From: Woeseiaceae bacterium
Lineage (GTDB): Bacteria; Pseudomonadota; Gammaproteobacteria; Steroidobacterales; Woeseiaceae
Direction of reading: 5' to 3'
DNA: 64,000 nt
Assembly: GCA_021773135.1 (NCBI GenBank)
Contig: JAJFKP010000017.1
Location: 50,520-114,519 of the forward strand
The position numbers and the translations under genes were made by a program. The notes beneath the pieces were generated by a model that did no database searches, had not been told where the DNA came from, and worked only from the letters and a program-made list of their open reading frames with translations. How positions within the stretch are numbered: position 1 is the first letter of the stretch; each line of letters starts with the position of its first letter. Of the stretch, positions 17,296-26,252 are shown piece after piece.

Positions 17296-18299
17296 CGCTG
17301 CTCCCTGCCGGATACTTTCACGCCGTTCAGGTCCAGTTCGACCGGCAATTCGACAAAGCCGTGCTCGCCAGCGGCTTCACAAAAACTCGAAATTGAATTG
17401 CTGTTGGTGCCCAATACGATGCCGATATCTCCGCCGCCGGATCCACATGGCTTGTACACGACATCACGGCCATAAGCCAAGCGGTAAATTTCATTGTGAC
17501 CGCCAGCGAAAATTCCGAGTGCCTGTGCAGCGCTGAACCGATGCAGTGTTGCTGTGTAGGCCCGTATCGATTCAACCATCCCGGCGGCGTCGGCTCCGGC
17601 CCACTTAACGGCAACGTTTTCCGCCGCTGCAATGAATGGAAGCCAATTTCGATCAGTCGGGCTGCCGGTGTCCAGCCGCCTGAGATGGGAGGGTGTATCA
17701 GCGGAATGGCCACTCCAGATGACACGATACAATAAATTGTCGGGCCAGGAATGATGCGCTGCCACAACGTTTTCATGCATGCGGTATTCAATCACGCCGC
17801 CGTTGAGACTGGTCGCAATATCAATCCCGCTGCCTAGTCCGCGCTGCAAACTCGCATGTGCCTGGTAGGCGAGTGCACCAGGTTCCGCTGTCTGCTCACA
17901 ACACTGGCATAACGCAACCACCAGGGCGGTCGTTGCGGCAGCACTGGAGCCGAGCCCGAATTTCTGGCCTGATTCCTGATCAGTGAATGCTGTCGTATCC
18001 ACACTGATTGCCAGTGGGTCAGGATCACCGTTGACTGCGCTGGTCCATGCGGCCTCTATCAGTTCCAATTCGGGGTGGCGGTCCTGCCACTCGAGCTTGC
18101 CATCTGCACTCACCCGGAAGCGCCACTCTCCGTCTGCGTAACCGGGTGTTCGCACGATGTGAAACTCGTCTTTCGCTGCCTCGATTCGTACGATTGCCCG
18201 GCTGTCTAATGCCATTGATATTGCAGGCGCGCCAACCAAAACCGCGTATTCGCCGGCTACAATGGCCTTGCCCGGCGCCGAGACCATAATGGGGCTCAT
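17292..18299 (-). CDS. mvaK2: Phosphomevalonate kinase (GHMP family)
   Basis: SAPGKAIVAGEYAVL start motif and GLGSSAAATTALV. ATG 18299 overlaps the decarboxylase stop (ATGA), and its stop overlaps the HMGR-MK start. The longer ORF to 18566 is read as spurious. Confidence 0.8.
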   Translation of the reverse strand: MSPIMVSAPGKAIVAGEYAVLVGAPAISMALDSRAIVRIEAAKDEFHIVRTPGYADGEWRFRVSADGKLEWQDRHPELELIEAAWTSAVNGDPDPLAISVDTTAFTDQESGQKFGLGSSAAATTALVVALCQCCEQTAEPGALAYQAHASLQRGLGSGIDIATSLNGGVIEYRMHENVVAAHHSWPDNLLYRVIWSGHSADTPSHLRRLDTGSPTDRNWLPFIAAAENVAVKWAGADAAGMVESIRAYTATLHRFSAAQALGIFAGGHNEIYRLAYGRDVVYKPCGSGGGDIGIVLGTNSNSISSFCEAAGEHGFVELPVELDLNGVKVSGREQR

Positions 18300-19258
18300 G
18301 TTGACCGCAGCAACCTTGCACCAGCGCCAAGTTTGCTGTGCATCAGGTCCTGCACGCCGGGCGTCTGTCGCAGCGCCGCCATAACGACATCGACAGAATC
18401 TGGGAGACAGATTGCTTTGACCTGAGGGCCGGCATCCATCGTGAAGAAGACAGCATGCCCCTGGTCCTGCAGCGTGCGAATGGCCTCCAGGCAGGACAGC
18501 GTGGCACTGTTCCAATAGACGATAGGCGGCTTTGAACTCCACATGACTGAATGCATTTTCAGGCAATTGTGTTCTGCAACCTCTGCAAGGCTGTTGAAGT
18601 CTTGTCGCAGCACTGCCGCTCTCGCTACCTCCAGGTCTTCGTCCTGCCGAGCCAGCCAGCTTGAATAAAAGGGAGATGTTTTCTCACCCCGTACCATTGC
18701 CTCACCGGACCCCACCGGCTTTTTCCCTTTCTCCGTTACCGCAACGACAACTTCGAGTGGCCATGGCTGGCTTTGCAGTAGTGGCTGCACCGAAATCTGT
18801 TCCTCGCCCGCAGTCAACTCAACGATGCCACCGTAAAGCGAGCGTGCGGCGGACCCGGAGCAGGCGCCGGCAAGTCGCGCAAGTGTCTGCGTATCAATCG
18901 TTGTTCGTGAAGACGCGGCGGCCGCGACAACGAGTGCCGCAAAGGCAGACGACGACGACGCAAGTCCGGCGCCTATCGGGAAATTGACTTCGCTAATGAC
19001 TTCCGCGGCCGCGCGCTTCGAACCGACGACAAGGTCCAGGCAGGCGCTCACCCGATCCAGCATTCCAGGTGCAGGGGCATCGTTGACACGCAGCGTGTCG
19101 CGGCCCGGGCGATCGCAAAACTCTACCGACATCGTTGTGCGCAGACTGTCCAGTGTTAAGGAGAAAGAGCTGACTGCGGGCAGATTCGCCTCATGGTCAC
19201 GTTTTCCCCAGTACTTGATCAGCGCGATATTAGGTTGTGCCTGTGCTACGGCTTTCAT
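18296..19258 (-). CDS. mvaD: Diphosphomevalonate decarboxylase
   Basis: NIALIKYWGKRD, FPIGAGLASSSSAFAALV, TMDAGPQV motifs. 320 aa. Confidence 0.9.
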   Translation of the reverse strand: MKAVAQAQPNIALIKYWGKRDHEANLPAVSSFSLTLDSLRTTMSVEFCDRPGRDTLRVNDAPAPGMLDRVSACLDLVVGSKRAAAEVISEVNFPIGAGLASSSSAFAALVVAAAASSRTTIDTQTLARLAGACSGSAARSLYGGIVELTAGEEQISVQPLLQSQPWPLEVVVAVTEKGKKPVGSGEAMVRGEKTSPFYSSWLARQDEDLEVARAAVLRQDFNSLAEVAEHNCLKMHSVMWSSKPPIVYWNSATLSCLEAIRTLQDQGHAVFFTMDAGPQVKAICLPDSVDVVMAALRQTPGVQDLMHSKLGAGARLLRST

Positions 19259-19374
19259 ATTTATGCGGCTTCTTGCCTGGCGCGATCAACGCTGAATATC
19301 TGGAGCCGGATTATAGCGCCGGAGCGCATCCAAAGCAGGATTCGTGTACGCTTGTCGCGATGACAGGAGTGTGC

Positions 19375-20277
19375 ATGATTGAGTCGGACAGTGAAGATTT
19401 CGTCCGAAGAATGGGTACCTACACGGATCGCACGGAGCGCTGCCTGGATCGTGTACTGCGGCCAGCCGACAAGGTGCCAGCGAGGCTTCATGAAGCGATG
19501 CGTTACGCTGTTCTCAACGGCGGCAAGCGCATTCGACCTTTACTGGTCTATGCTGCGGGAGCCTGTCTCGGCGTCGCGCCGGAAAAACTGGACGTTCCGG
19601 CTACAGCAATCGAACTCCTGCACGCCTTTTCGCTGGTGCATGACGATCTTCCCGCAATGGACGATGACGATCTGCGTCGTGGCCAGCCAACTGTGCATCG
19701 AAAATTCGACGAGGCCACGGCGATACTGGCAGCCGATGCGCTGCAGCCACTGGCTTTTCATACGATAGCAGCGGCGGTGGCGCTCGACGATACGGAAAGC
19801 CGGCAACTCACAAAGCTGATAGCAGATGCCTGCGGCTCGCGCGGCATGACTGGCGGACAGGCGATTGATCTCGCCTCGGAAGGCAAGAACCTTTCCATTG
19901 ACGAACTTACTGAAATGCACGGCCTCAAGACCGGCGCGCTGATTCGTGCCGCCGCCATGTCACCGTGCTACCTCGCGGGCGACCTCTGCGAGAGTTACTG
20001 GACGGCAATGGACGGTTTTTCCCGCGACATTGGCTTAGCCTTCCAGATTCGCGACGATATTCTGGACGTAACCGGTCAAACCGATGTCATCGGCAAACCG
20101 GCTGGATCAGATCAGAGTATGAACAAGGCAACGTGGCCGGCGATATTTGGCATGGACGAGAGCGTCCGTCGTTGCGACGAGCTGCTCGCCGCGTCTATGC
20201 AACACCTCGATACCTTTGGACTGCAGGCCGAACCGCTGCGACTGCTTGCCCATTTTATTGTTTCACGGCGCCGCTGA
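19375..20277 (+). CDS. ispA: (2E,6E)-farnesyl diphosphate synthase
   Basis: GGKRIRPLL, FARM LVHDDLPAMDDDDLRRG, SARM FQIRDDILD. ATG 19375 has AGGAG 7 nt upstream. Confidence 0.9.
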   Translation: MIESDSEDFVRRMGTYTDRTERCLDRVLRPADKVPARLHEAMRYAVLNGGKRIRPLLVYAAGACLGVAPEKLDVPATAIELLHAFSLVHDDLPAMDDDDLRRGQPTVHRKFDEATAILAADALQPLAFHTIAAAVALDDTESRQLTKLIADACGSRGMTGGQAIDLASEGKNLSIDELTEMHGLKTGALIRAAAMSPCYLAGDLCESYWTAMDGFSRDIGLAFQIRDDILDVTGQTDVIGKPAGSDQSMNKATWPAIFGMDESVRRCDELLAASMQHLDTFGLQAEPLRLLAHFIVSRRR

Positions 20278-21434
20278 TGGCGCGACGTCGCATCCTGCAT
20301 GTCGACATGGATGCTTTTTACGCATCAGTCGAGCAACGGGACAATCCGTCACTACAAGGCAAGCCAGTGGTGGTCGGTGGCAATACCCGCGGCGTCGTCG
20401 CGGCAGCGAGCTATGAAGCTCGGCAGTTCGGTATCCGTTCGGCAATGCCCATGCGTGATGCGCTCAGGCGCTGCCCTGATTTGTGTCGGGTCCCGCCGCG
20501 CATGTCTCACTATCAGACTGTGTCTAAGGAAGTTTTCCGCATCTTTCGCGAATTTACGCCGTTGGTCGAGGGTCTCTCACTGGACGAAGCGTTTCTCGAT
20601 GTTAGCCAGAGCCTGCAGCTGTTTGGCGACGAAGTCTCAATTGCTGCAGAAATAAAACGTCGCATACGTAAATGCACCGGGCTTACCGCATCGGTGGGTG
20701 TTGCACCCAACAAGCTGGTTGCAAAAATTGCTTCCGATCTTGATAAGCCGGACGGCCTTTGCGTGGTAACGCCCGCCAACCTGCGGACAACCCTTGATCC
20801 GTTGCCGGTGCAGGTCATTCCGGGTATTGGCAAGGAAACGCTCGCGCGTCTGCAACGAATCCCCATTAACACGGTTGCCGATCTGCGGCTCGCTGCAGAC
20901 AGGGACCTTGAATCCGTTTTCGGACGTTTTGCCGCACGGACCCGGGAGCGAGCATCCGGCATCGATGAGCGACCGGTAGTTGCGTCGCGCACGGACAAAT
21001 CGATCAGCGCGGAGGAAACGTTCGACGTTGATCTGAGTAATCGCAGAGACCTGCGCCGCCATTTGCTGCGCTTGAGTGAAAAAACAACGGGACGACTGCG
21101 ATCGAAGGAGCTTGTTGCCGGGACGGTCCAGGTCAAAATAAGGCGTGACGACTTTTCGACCTGTACGCGGCAGTGCGCGCTGCGCCCACCGTCCAATGGC
21201 ACCGAGACCATCTATGCGGCGGCCGGCAGGCTACTCGATGACTGGATGGCGGAGAACCCGGACGCGAAGATTCGGCTGCTTGGCGTGGGTGGCAGTGAAC
21301 TGGTGCGTGATGCGCAGCCCGATTTGTTCGCGCCGGCCGTGACTGCCGGTGGTTCAGCACTCGATCAGACGGTAGACCAGATTCGGGATCGGTTCGGAGA
21401 TCTTTCGCTGGGTCGCGCACGGACGCTGGATTAG
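20277..21434 (+). CDS. dinB: DNA polymerase IV (Y-family translesion polymerase)
   Basis: ILHVDMDAFYASVEQRDNPSLQGKPVVVGG, SLDEAFLDV, GVAPNKLVAKIASD. The ATG shares one nucleotide with the ispA TGA (TGATG). Confidence 0.9.
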   Translation: MARRRILHVDMDAFYASVEQRDNPSLQGKPVVVGGNTRGVVAAASYEARQFGIRSAMPMRDALRRCPDLCRVPPRMSHYQTVSKEVFRIFREFTPLVEGLSLDEAFLDVSQSLQLFGDEVSIAAEIKRRIRKCTGLTASVGVAPNKLVAKIASDLDKPDGLCVVTPANLRTTLDPLPVQVIPGIGKETLARLQRIPINTVADLRLAADRDLESVFGRFAARTRERASGIDERPVVASRTDKSISAEETFDVDLSNRRDLRRHLLRLSEKTTGRLRSKELVAGTVQVKIRRDDFSTCTRQCALRPPSNGTETIYAAAGRLLDDWMAENPDAKIRLLGVGGSELVRDAQPDLFAPAVTAGGSALDQTVDQIRDRFGDLSLGRARTLD

Positions 21435-21494
21435 TCTGAATCAGGTAAGATCTGCCGACCGACAAACAATATAAGCCTTTGCACGCTGCGCCTT

Positions 21495-23156
21495 ATGTAT
21501 ACGAGTTTCTTTGGCCTGAACGAAAAGCCATTTACGATAACGCCTGATCCGCGCTATTTGTTCATGAGCGAACGCCATGGCGAGGGCCTGGCACACCTTG
21601 TTTACGGCGTCACCGAAAGCGGTGGCTTCATCCAGCTCACCGGCGAAGTCGGCACCGGCAAGACCACGCTGGTGAGAACGCTTCTCGGCCAGATACCTGC
21701 TGAAGTCGATATCGCACTGATTCTCAATCCACAGCTTACCTCGCTCGAGTTTTTGCTCGCGATATGTGAAGAGTTAGGCGTAGCGATTCCTTCTATCAAG
21801 AACAGCTCGAAGGCAATGGTTGATGCCCTTAACCGGCATCTGCTGGAGGCGCACTCTCGCGGACGCCGGGTAATTCTGCTCATCGATGAAGCACAGAATT
21901 TGTCAGAGGGCGTGCTGGAACAACTGCGTCTCCTGACCAATCTGGAAACCGCGCGCCAGAAACTGCTACAGATTATTCTTATCGCGCAACCGGAGCTCAG
22001 GGAGAAATTATCTCAGGAAAGTCTGCGCCAACTGGCACAGCGCATTACTGGCCGATACCACCTGGAACCGTTGTCTCGTGAAGAGGCCGCGAAATATATC
22101 GATCATCGGCTGCGAGTCGCGGGCGCGCTGACAGAAATTTTTACGCCGGCCGCAAAGCAGGAAGTCTATCGGATATCAGGGGGTGTACCCCGGGTCATGA
22201 ACGTGATCTGCGATCGTGCACTACTCGGCGCCTACAGCCGTGAATCCCGCACCGTCGACAAAGACCTGGTCAGGAAAGCAGCCGGTGAGGTTGCAGGCCA
22301 GAAAGTTACCCCGATTTTCCTGAGGTGGCTGTTGCCTGTGCTCGGCATCGCCGCCCTGGTCGCAGTGATTTCCGTTCTATGGCCGGTGTTCGGTGAACGG
22401 TCCACGCCGGATGACGCCAGCAGTATAGTTTCGCCATCCGTTGACAGCAGCGGCGAGGAATCTGCCGCCCTGGCTGCGTATGTACCAGCAACCGAGGCGA
22501 CCGGCACGCCGGAGGTCATTCCGGACGCCGAACCTGCGGCTATCGATATTGATGCGCTGTTTGCAGGCTATGACGACGGCGAGAGCTTTCGAACGTTGTT
22601 CGAACTTTGGAATGAAACCTTTGACAGTGCTCGTGGAACGGCCTGTGAACAGGCCACGGCGGCGGGCCTGCGGTGCTACTTTCAACGCGGCACGTGGACG
22701 ACGCTGCAACAGCTGGATCGACCGGCAGTTATTACGCTGACCCGCAGTGACGGATCAACCTGGAGAGCAGCACTTGTCGGTCTGGACGAAAAGAAAGCAC
22801 GGCTGATGGTCAACGGAGGCGAAGTTGTGGTGCCGATCGCCAGCCTCGCTCCGTACTGGTTTGGACAGGCCCTGATATTGTGGCGCCCGCCGACCGGCAG
22901 TGACCAGCCGATAGGGCCTGCTTCGAGCGGTGAGAACGTCCGCTGGCTGAGAGAGAGTCTCGCTGCCCTGGATGACGAATATGCAGTGGCCGCGGACGCG
23001 GCGGACGCCTTTGACGAGGAACTCGTTGGGCGGTTGCAGGCGTTTCAGCGCAAGCACAGGCTCGAAGCCGATGGCATTGCCGGCCTGAAAACGCAGATCA
23101 TCATTAATTCACTGCTGGAGACAGACGACTTGCCGCGCCTGTCGACCAGTCCTTAG
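21495..23156 (+). CDS. gspA: ExeA/GspA-like AAA ATPase with C-terminal peptidoglycan-binding domain
   Basis: FGLNEKPFTITPDPRYLFMSERH, Walker A GEVGTGKTT, Walker B LLIDEAQ, one TM, and a C-terminal LQAFQRKHRLEADGIAGLKT PG-binding repeat. Confidence 0.8.
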   Translation: MYTSFFGLNEKPFTITPDPRYLFMSERHGEGLAHLVYGVTESGGFIQLTGEVGTGKTTLVRTLLGQIPAEVDIALILNPQLTSLEFLLAICEELGVAIPSIKNSSKAMVDALNRHLLEAHSRGRRVILLIDEAQNLSEGVLEQLRLLTNLETARQKLLQIILIAQPELREKLSQESLRQLAQRITGRYHLEPLSREEAAKYIDHRLRVAGALTEIFTPAAKQEVYRISGGVPRVMNVICDRALLGAYSRESRTVDKDLVRKAAGEVAGQKVTPIFLRWLLPVLGIAALVAVISVLWPVFGERSTPDDASSIVSPSVDSSGEESAALAAYVPATEATGTPEVIPDAEPAAIDIDALFAGYDDGESFRTLFELWNETFDSARGTACEQATAAGLRCYFQRGTWTTLQQLDRPAVITLTRSDGSTWRAALVGLDEKKARLMVNGGEVVVPIASLAPYWFGQALILWRPPTGSDQPIGPASSGENVRWLRESLAALDDEYAVAADAADAFDEELVGRLQAFQRKHRLEADGIAGLKTQIIINSLLETDDLPRLSTSP

Positions 23157-23177
23157 TCCTTCCGCGGATCACGACTA

Positions 23178-23801
23178 ATGTCATTTATTCTTGACGCACT
23201 GAAAAAGTCCGAAGCTGAGCGACAGCGCCAGAATGCGCCGGGAATCGCGAGTATCCCCGAGCGGCACAAAGCGAAAACATCCGGCAAATGGATATGGCTC
23301 GTGACGGGATTGCTGGCTGTCAATCTGCTGGCTCTCGGCGCTCTGCTTCTTTGGAAAAGTGGTGGCCAAGCACCGGTGGAGACGCCGATCGCCTCGACTC
23401 AACTCGAGCCGCCCGCCGCCACGTTTTCTGAAATGGTAACCGAGGTCAAGCGCAGCCAGCGCAGCGTTGGTCCACCGGCAGAGGTGCAACAGCAGACCGA
23501 GGACGATGCTGTGACTACGACTGCGCCACCTGCGCCGGCAGAGAACGCGATGCGCGGACAGGTCAATACAGGCCTGGAATCGTTCAATGACCTGCGAGTG
23601 AAGGGCGAACTGCAGCTGCCCGACATGCATTTGGACATTCACGTATACAGCGGCGCGCCTGAGGATCGATTCGTGTTCGTCAACATGGCGAAGTACAAAG
23701 AGAACGCGACCTTAAGCGAAGGCCCTGTTGTTAAGGAAATCACGCCGGATGGTGTTGTTCTCCAGCACCGCGACAAAGTGTTTCTGCTGCCGCGGCAATA
23801 G
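23178..23801 (+). CDS. gspB: GspB/ExeB-like general secretion pathway protein B
   Basis: MSFILDALKKSEAERQ N-terminus, a single TM, and a C-terminal conserved block (LPDMHLDIHVYSGAPEDRFVFVN). Immediately follows the ExeA-like gene. Confidence 0.7.
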   Translation: MSFILDALKKSEAERQRQNAPGIASIPERHKAKTSGKWIWLVTGLLAVNLLALGALLLWKSGGQAPVETPIASTQLEPPAATFSEMVTEVKRSQRSVGPPAEVQQQTEDDAVTTTAPPAPAENAMRGQVNTGLESFNDLRVKGELQLPDMHLDIHVYSGAPEDRFVFVNMAKYKENATLSEGPVVKEITPDGVVLQHRDKVFLLPRQ

Positions 23802-23827
23802 CAACCGTTATCTCGCTCAAGAAGTGG

Positions 23828-24508
23828 TCAGCTTTGCTGCTGAATAATAGTGTCTCCAGCCGGATCGATGAGATCCGTTGATTCGTTGCGGGCGTTGTTG
23901 ACCTTTCGGTCCACCGGCCAGGTACGAAATGCAGGTGCGTCCGCTGTGACTTCTTCCAGCAATTCTGTGTCACCATCCAGCCAGCGCTTTGCGTTTTCAG
24001 GCTGCAGCACCACAGGCATGCGATGGTGTACCTGCGCAAGAAAATCGTTGGCAGCCGCAGTTACTATAGTGGTTGTTTGCAATGACTCGTCTGAGTCCTT
24101 GCTGTCCCAATGCTCCCATAGTCCGGCGAATGCGAACGGCGTTCCATCAGCCAGCGAAATGAAGTACGGGATCTTGATATCGCCCTCACGATGCCACTCG
24201 TAAAAGCCGTCCGCGAGGATCAGACAACGGCGCTTTCGATACGCGTTCCGGAAGGACGGTTTTTCCGCAACAGTTTCGGAGCGGGCGTTGATCATTCGAT
24301 TTCCGATGGACGGGTCCTTGGCCCAGAACGGAACCAATCCCCAGCGCAGCATGGTTAGCTCGGGCGATTGGTTTTCATCCCTGCGAATTGCGGCAATGTA
24401 CTGTGTCGGCGCAATGTTATAGCGGGGCTTCACGTCGATCGATTGGGCCACGCCGAATAACGCGGCGACTGCTTCGCTGGGGGAATAGAAGGCGAATCGT
24501 CCGCACAT
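23828..24508 (-). CDS. yedK: SOS response-associated peptidase (SRAP/YedK family, abasic-site processing)
   Basis: MCGRF N-terminus with catalytic Cys2, NIAPTQ, LRWGLVPFWAKD, YEW motif. 226 aa. Confidence 0.9.
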   Translation of the reverse strand: MCGRFAFYSPSEAVAALFGVAQSIDVKPRYNIAPTQYIAAIRRDENQSPELTMLRWGLVPFWAKDPSIGNRMINARSETVAEKPSFRNAYRKRRCLILADGFYEWHREGDIKIPYFISLADGTPFAFAGLWEHWDSKDSDESLQTTTIVTAAANDFLAQVHHRMPVVLQPENAKRWLDGDTELLEEVTADAPAFRTWPVDRKVNNARNESTDLIDPAGDTIIQQQS

Positions 24509-24509
24509 A

Positions 24510-25283
24510 CTATTCCCGAATCCCGATGCCGCGATTCAGCAGGAACAAATTCAGTGAAAACAGGCCGACGACGAAAACACCGACCAGGAGGTAGGCATAC
24601 TCTATGCTGATATCGGAAACGCCAAGGATGCCGTAACGAAACGCATTGACCATGTAGAGAATCGGGTTTCCCAATGAAATATTCTGCCAAAATTCGGGCA
24701 GCATGGAAATCGAATAGAAAACGCCGCCAAGGTAGGTCAGCGGCGTAAGCACAAACGTAGGGATGATTGAGATATCGTCGAATTTCTTGGCAAATACGGC
24801 GTTCACAAAACCTAGCAAGGCGAAGACGACCGATGCGAGTATGACCATTGAGAAAGTAATCAGCGGATGTGCCACGGTCAGGTTAGTGAAGAACAATGCA
24901 ATCGCTGTGACCATGGCGCCGACGAACAGCCCCCGCACCACGCCGCCGGCAACGTGCCCCAGAATGATGGTCGCATTGGACAACGGCGCTACTACCATTT
25001 CCTCGACGTGCTTACCGAATTTGGCGCCGAAGAATGACGACACAACGTTGCCATAGGAATTCGTGATTACCGACATCATGATGAGTCCTGGCGCGATGTA
25101 CTGCATATAGTCAAAGCCGTCCATCTCGCCGATGCGTCGCCCAATCAGGTTGCCAAAGATAATAAAGTACAAAGTCATGGTTATTGCGGGCGGCACAATC
25201 GTCTGAATCCAGATGCGGACAACCCGGATGAATTCCTTTCTTACGATTGTTTTGAAACCGATCCAGTTGACTCTGAAATTCAT
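24510..25283 (-). CDS. yadH: ABC-2 family transporter permease (YadH-like)
   Basis: Six hydrophobic segments. Follows the YadG-like ATPase after 16 nt. ATG 25283 (MNFRVNW) is chosen over the overlapping upstream start at 25328. Confidence 0.75.
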   Translation of the reverse strand: MNFRVNWIGFKTIVRKEFIRVVRIWIQTIVPPAITMTLYFIIFGNLIGRRIGEMDGFDYMQYIAPGLIMMSVITNSYGNVVSSFFGAKFGKHVEEMVVAPLSNATIILGHVAGGVVRGLFVGAMVTAIALFFTNLTVAHPLITFSMVILASVVFALLGFVNAVFAKKFDDISIIPTFVLTPLTYLGGVFYSISMLPEFWQNISLGNPILYMVNAFRYGILGVSDISIEYAYLLVGVFVVGLFSLNLFLLNRGIGIRE

Positions 25284-25299
25284 TTTGCTGGATTTCCTG

Positions 25300-26226
25300 T
25301 TAGCCGGTTGCGGACTGCTTGTTTTCAACCAGGCCCATGAAAAGCTCTTCCAGCCGGTTTGCCTTGTTACGCAGACTGAGAACCGTGATGCCGGAATCGC
25401 TAAGCGTGCCGAAAAGTGTATTGAGATTAGTGCCGGCCGTTACGGCGACCTCGAGTTCACACGAGTCGCGCAGGTTGGTTTCGAATCCGGGCAGGTTCGG
25501 CGCTGACTCCAGTGGATCGCGCACACTCAACACGAAGACCTCGCGTTGCAGCTTGCGTAGAACTGTGCTCATTGGTGCGTCTTCGATAATCTTGCCCTCG
25601 TCGATGATCGCGACATGCCGACACAGGCTCTCCGCCTCCTCCAGGTAATGCGTCGTCAGAATGATCGTAGTGCCTGCTTCGTTGGTGCGGCGCAGGAAAT
25701 CCCACATCGATCTGCGAATCTCTATATCGACGCCGGCCGTCGGCTCGTCAAGGATCAGCAGGCGAGGTTCGTGAATCAAAGCGCGGGCAATCATGAGCCT
25801 GCGCTTCATACCACCGGAGAGGTTGCGCGCGATTTCTGATCGTTTGTCCCATAGCCGTAGCTCGCCGAGATAGGTCTCGGCTCGCTGCAGCGCGAGCCCT
25901 CGTTCAATGCCGTAGTACCCGGCCTGGTTGACGACGATGTTCAGCACCGAGTCAAACGTGTTCATATTTAGTTCCTGCGGCACCAGGCCGATGCAGGACT
26001 TGGCGGTTTCCAGATCAGTATCGATATCATGACCGAAAATCTCGACCCTGCCGGAGGTCTTGTTCACCAGCGAAGATATGATACCTATGGCCGTCGTCTT
26101 ACCGGCGCCATTCGGCCCGAGCAGCGCGTAGAAATCGCCGGACTCGACGCTGAGATCGATTCCCTTTAATGCCTGGACACCGTTTGAGTACGTTTTCGTC
26201 AGGTCTTTAATGGTTAGGGCATGCAT
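25300..26226 (-). CDS. yadG: ABC transporter ATP-binding protein (YadG-like)
   Basis: GDFYALLGPNGAGKTTAIGIISSLVNKTSGRV, LSGGMKRRLMIARAL, LLILDEPTAGVD, NKANRLEELF. 308 aa from ATG 26226. The 380-aa ORF extension would overlap the upstream gene. Confidence 0.85.
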   Translation of the reverse strand: MHALTIKDLTKTYSNGVQALKGIDLSVESGDFYALLGPNGAGKTTAIGIISSLVNKTSGRVEIFGHDIDTDLETAKSCIGLVPQELNMNTFDSVLNIVVNQAGYYGIERGLALQRAETYLGELRLWDKRSEIARNLSGGMKRRLMIARALIHEPRLLILDEPTAGVDIEIRRSMWDFLRRTNEAGTTIILTTHYLEEAESLCRHVAIIDEGKIIEDAPMSTVLRKLQREVFVLSVRDPLESAPNLPGFETNLRDSCELEVAVTAGTNLNTLFGTLSDSGITVLSLRNKANRLEELFMGLVENKQSATG

Positions 26227-26252
26227 AGCGTCGCGTATTGTATACGCGCTCG

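Noticed and set aside
17292-18566. 424-aa ORF extending the phosphomevalonate kinase upstream by 89 codons
   Set aside because: The extension overlaps the 3' end of the decarboxylase gene in another frame and is Arg/Cys/Gly-rich nonsense-like sequence. The conserved PMK N-terminus (SAPGKAIVAGEY) starts right after the ATG at 18299, which forms an ATGA overlap with the upstream stop.
19965-21434. 489-aa ORF suggesting a long N-terminal extension of DinB
   Set aside because: The first 104 codons lie inside ispA in a different frame. The canonical DinB N-terminus (ILHVDMDAFYASVE) begins at the ATG at 20277.
25477-25488. tRNA T-loop-like string GGTTTCGAATCC
   Set aside because: It lies inside the well-supported ABC ATPase coding sequence, has an extra T relative to GGTTCGAATCC, and I could not fold any acceptor or anticodon arms around it.
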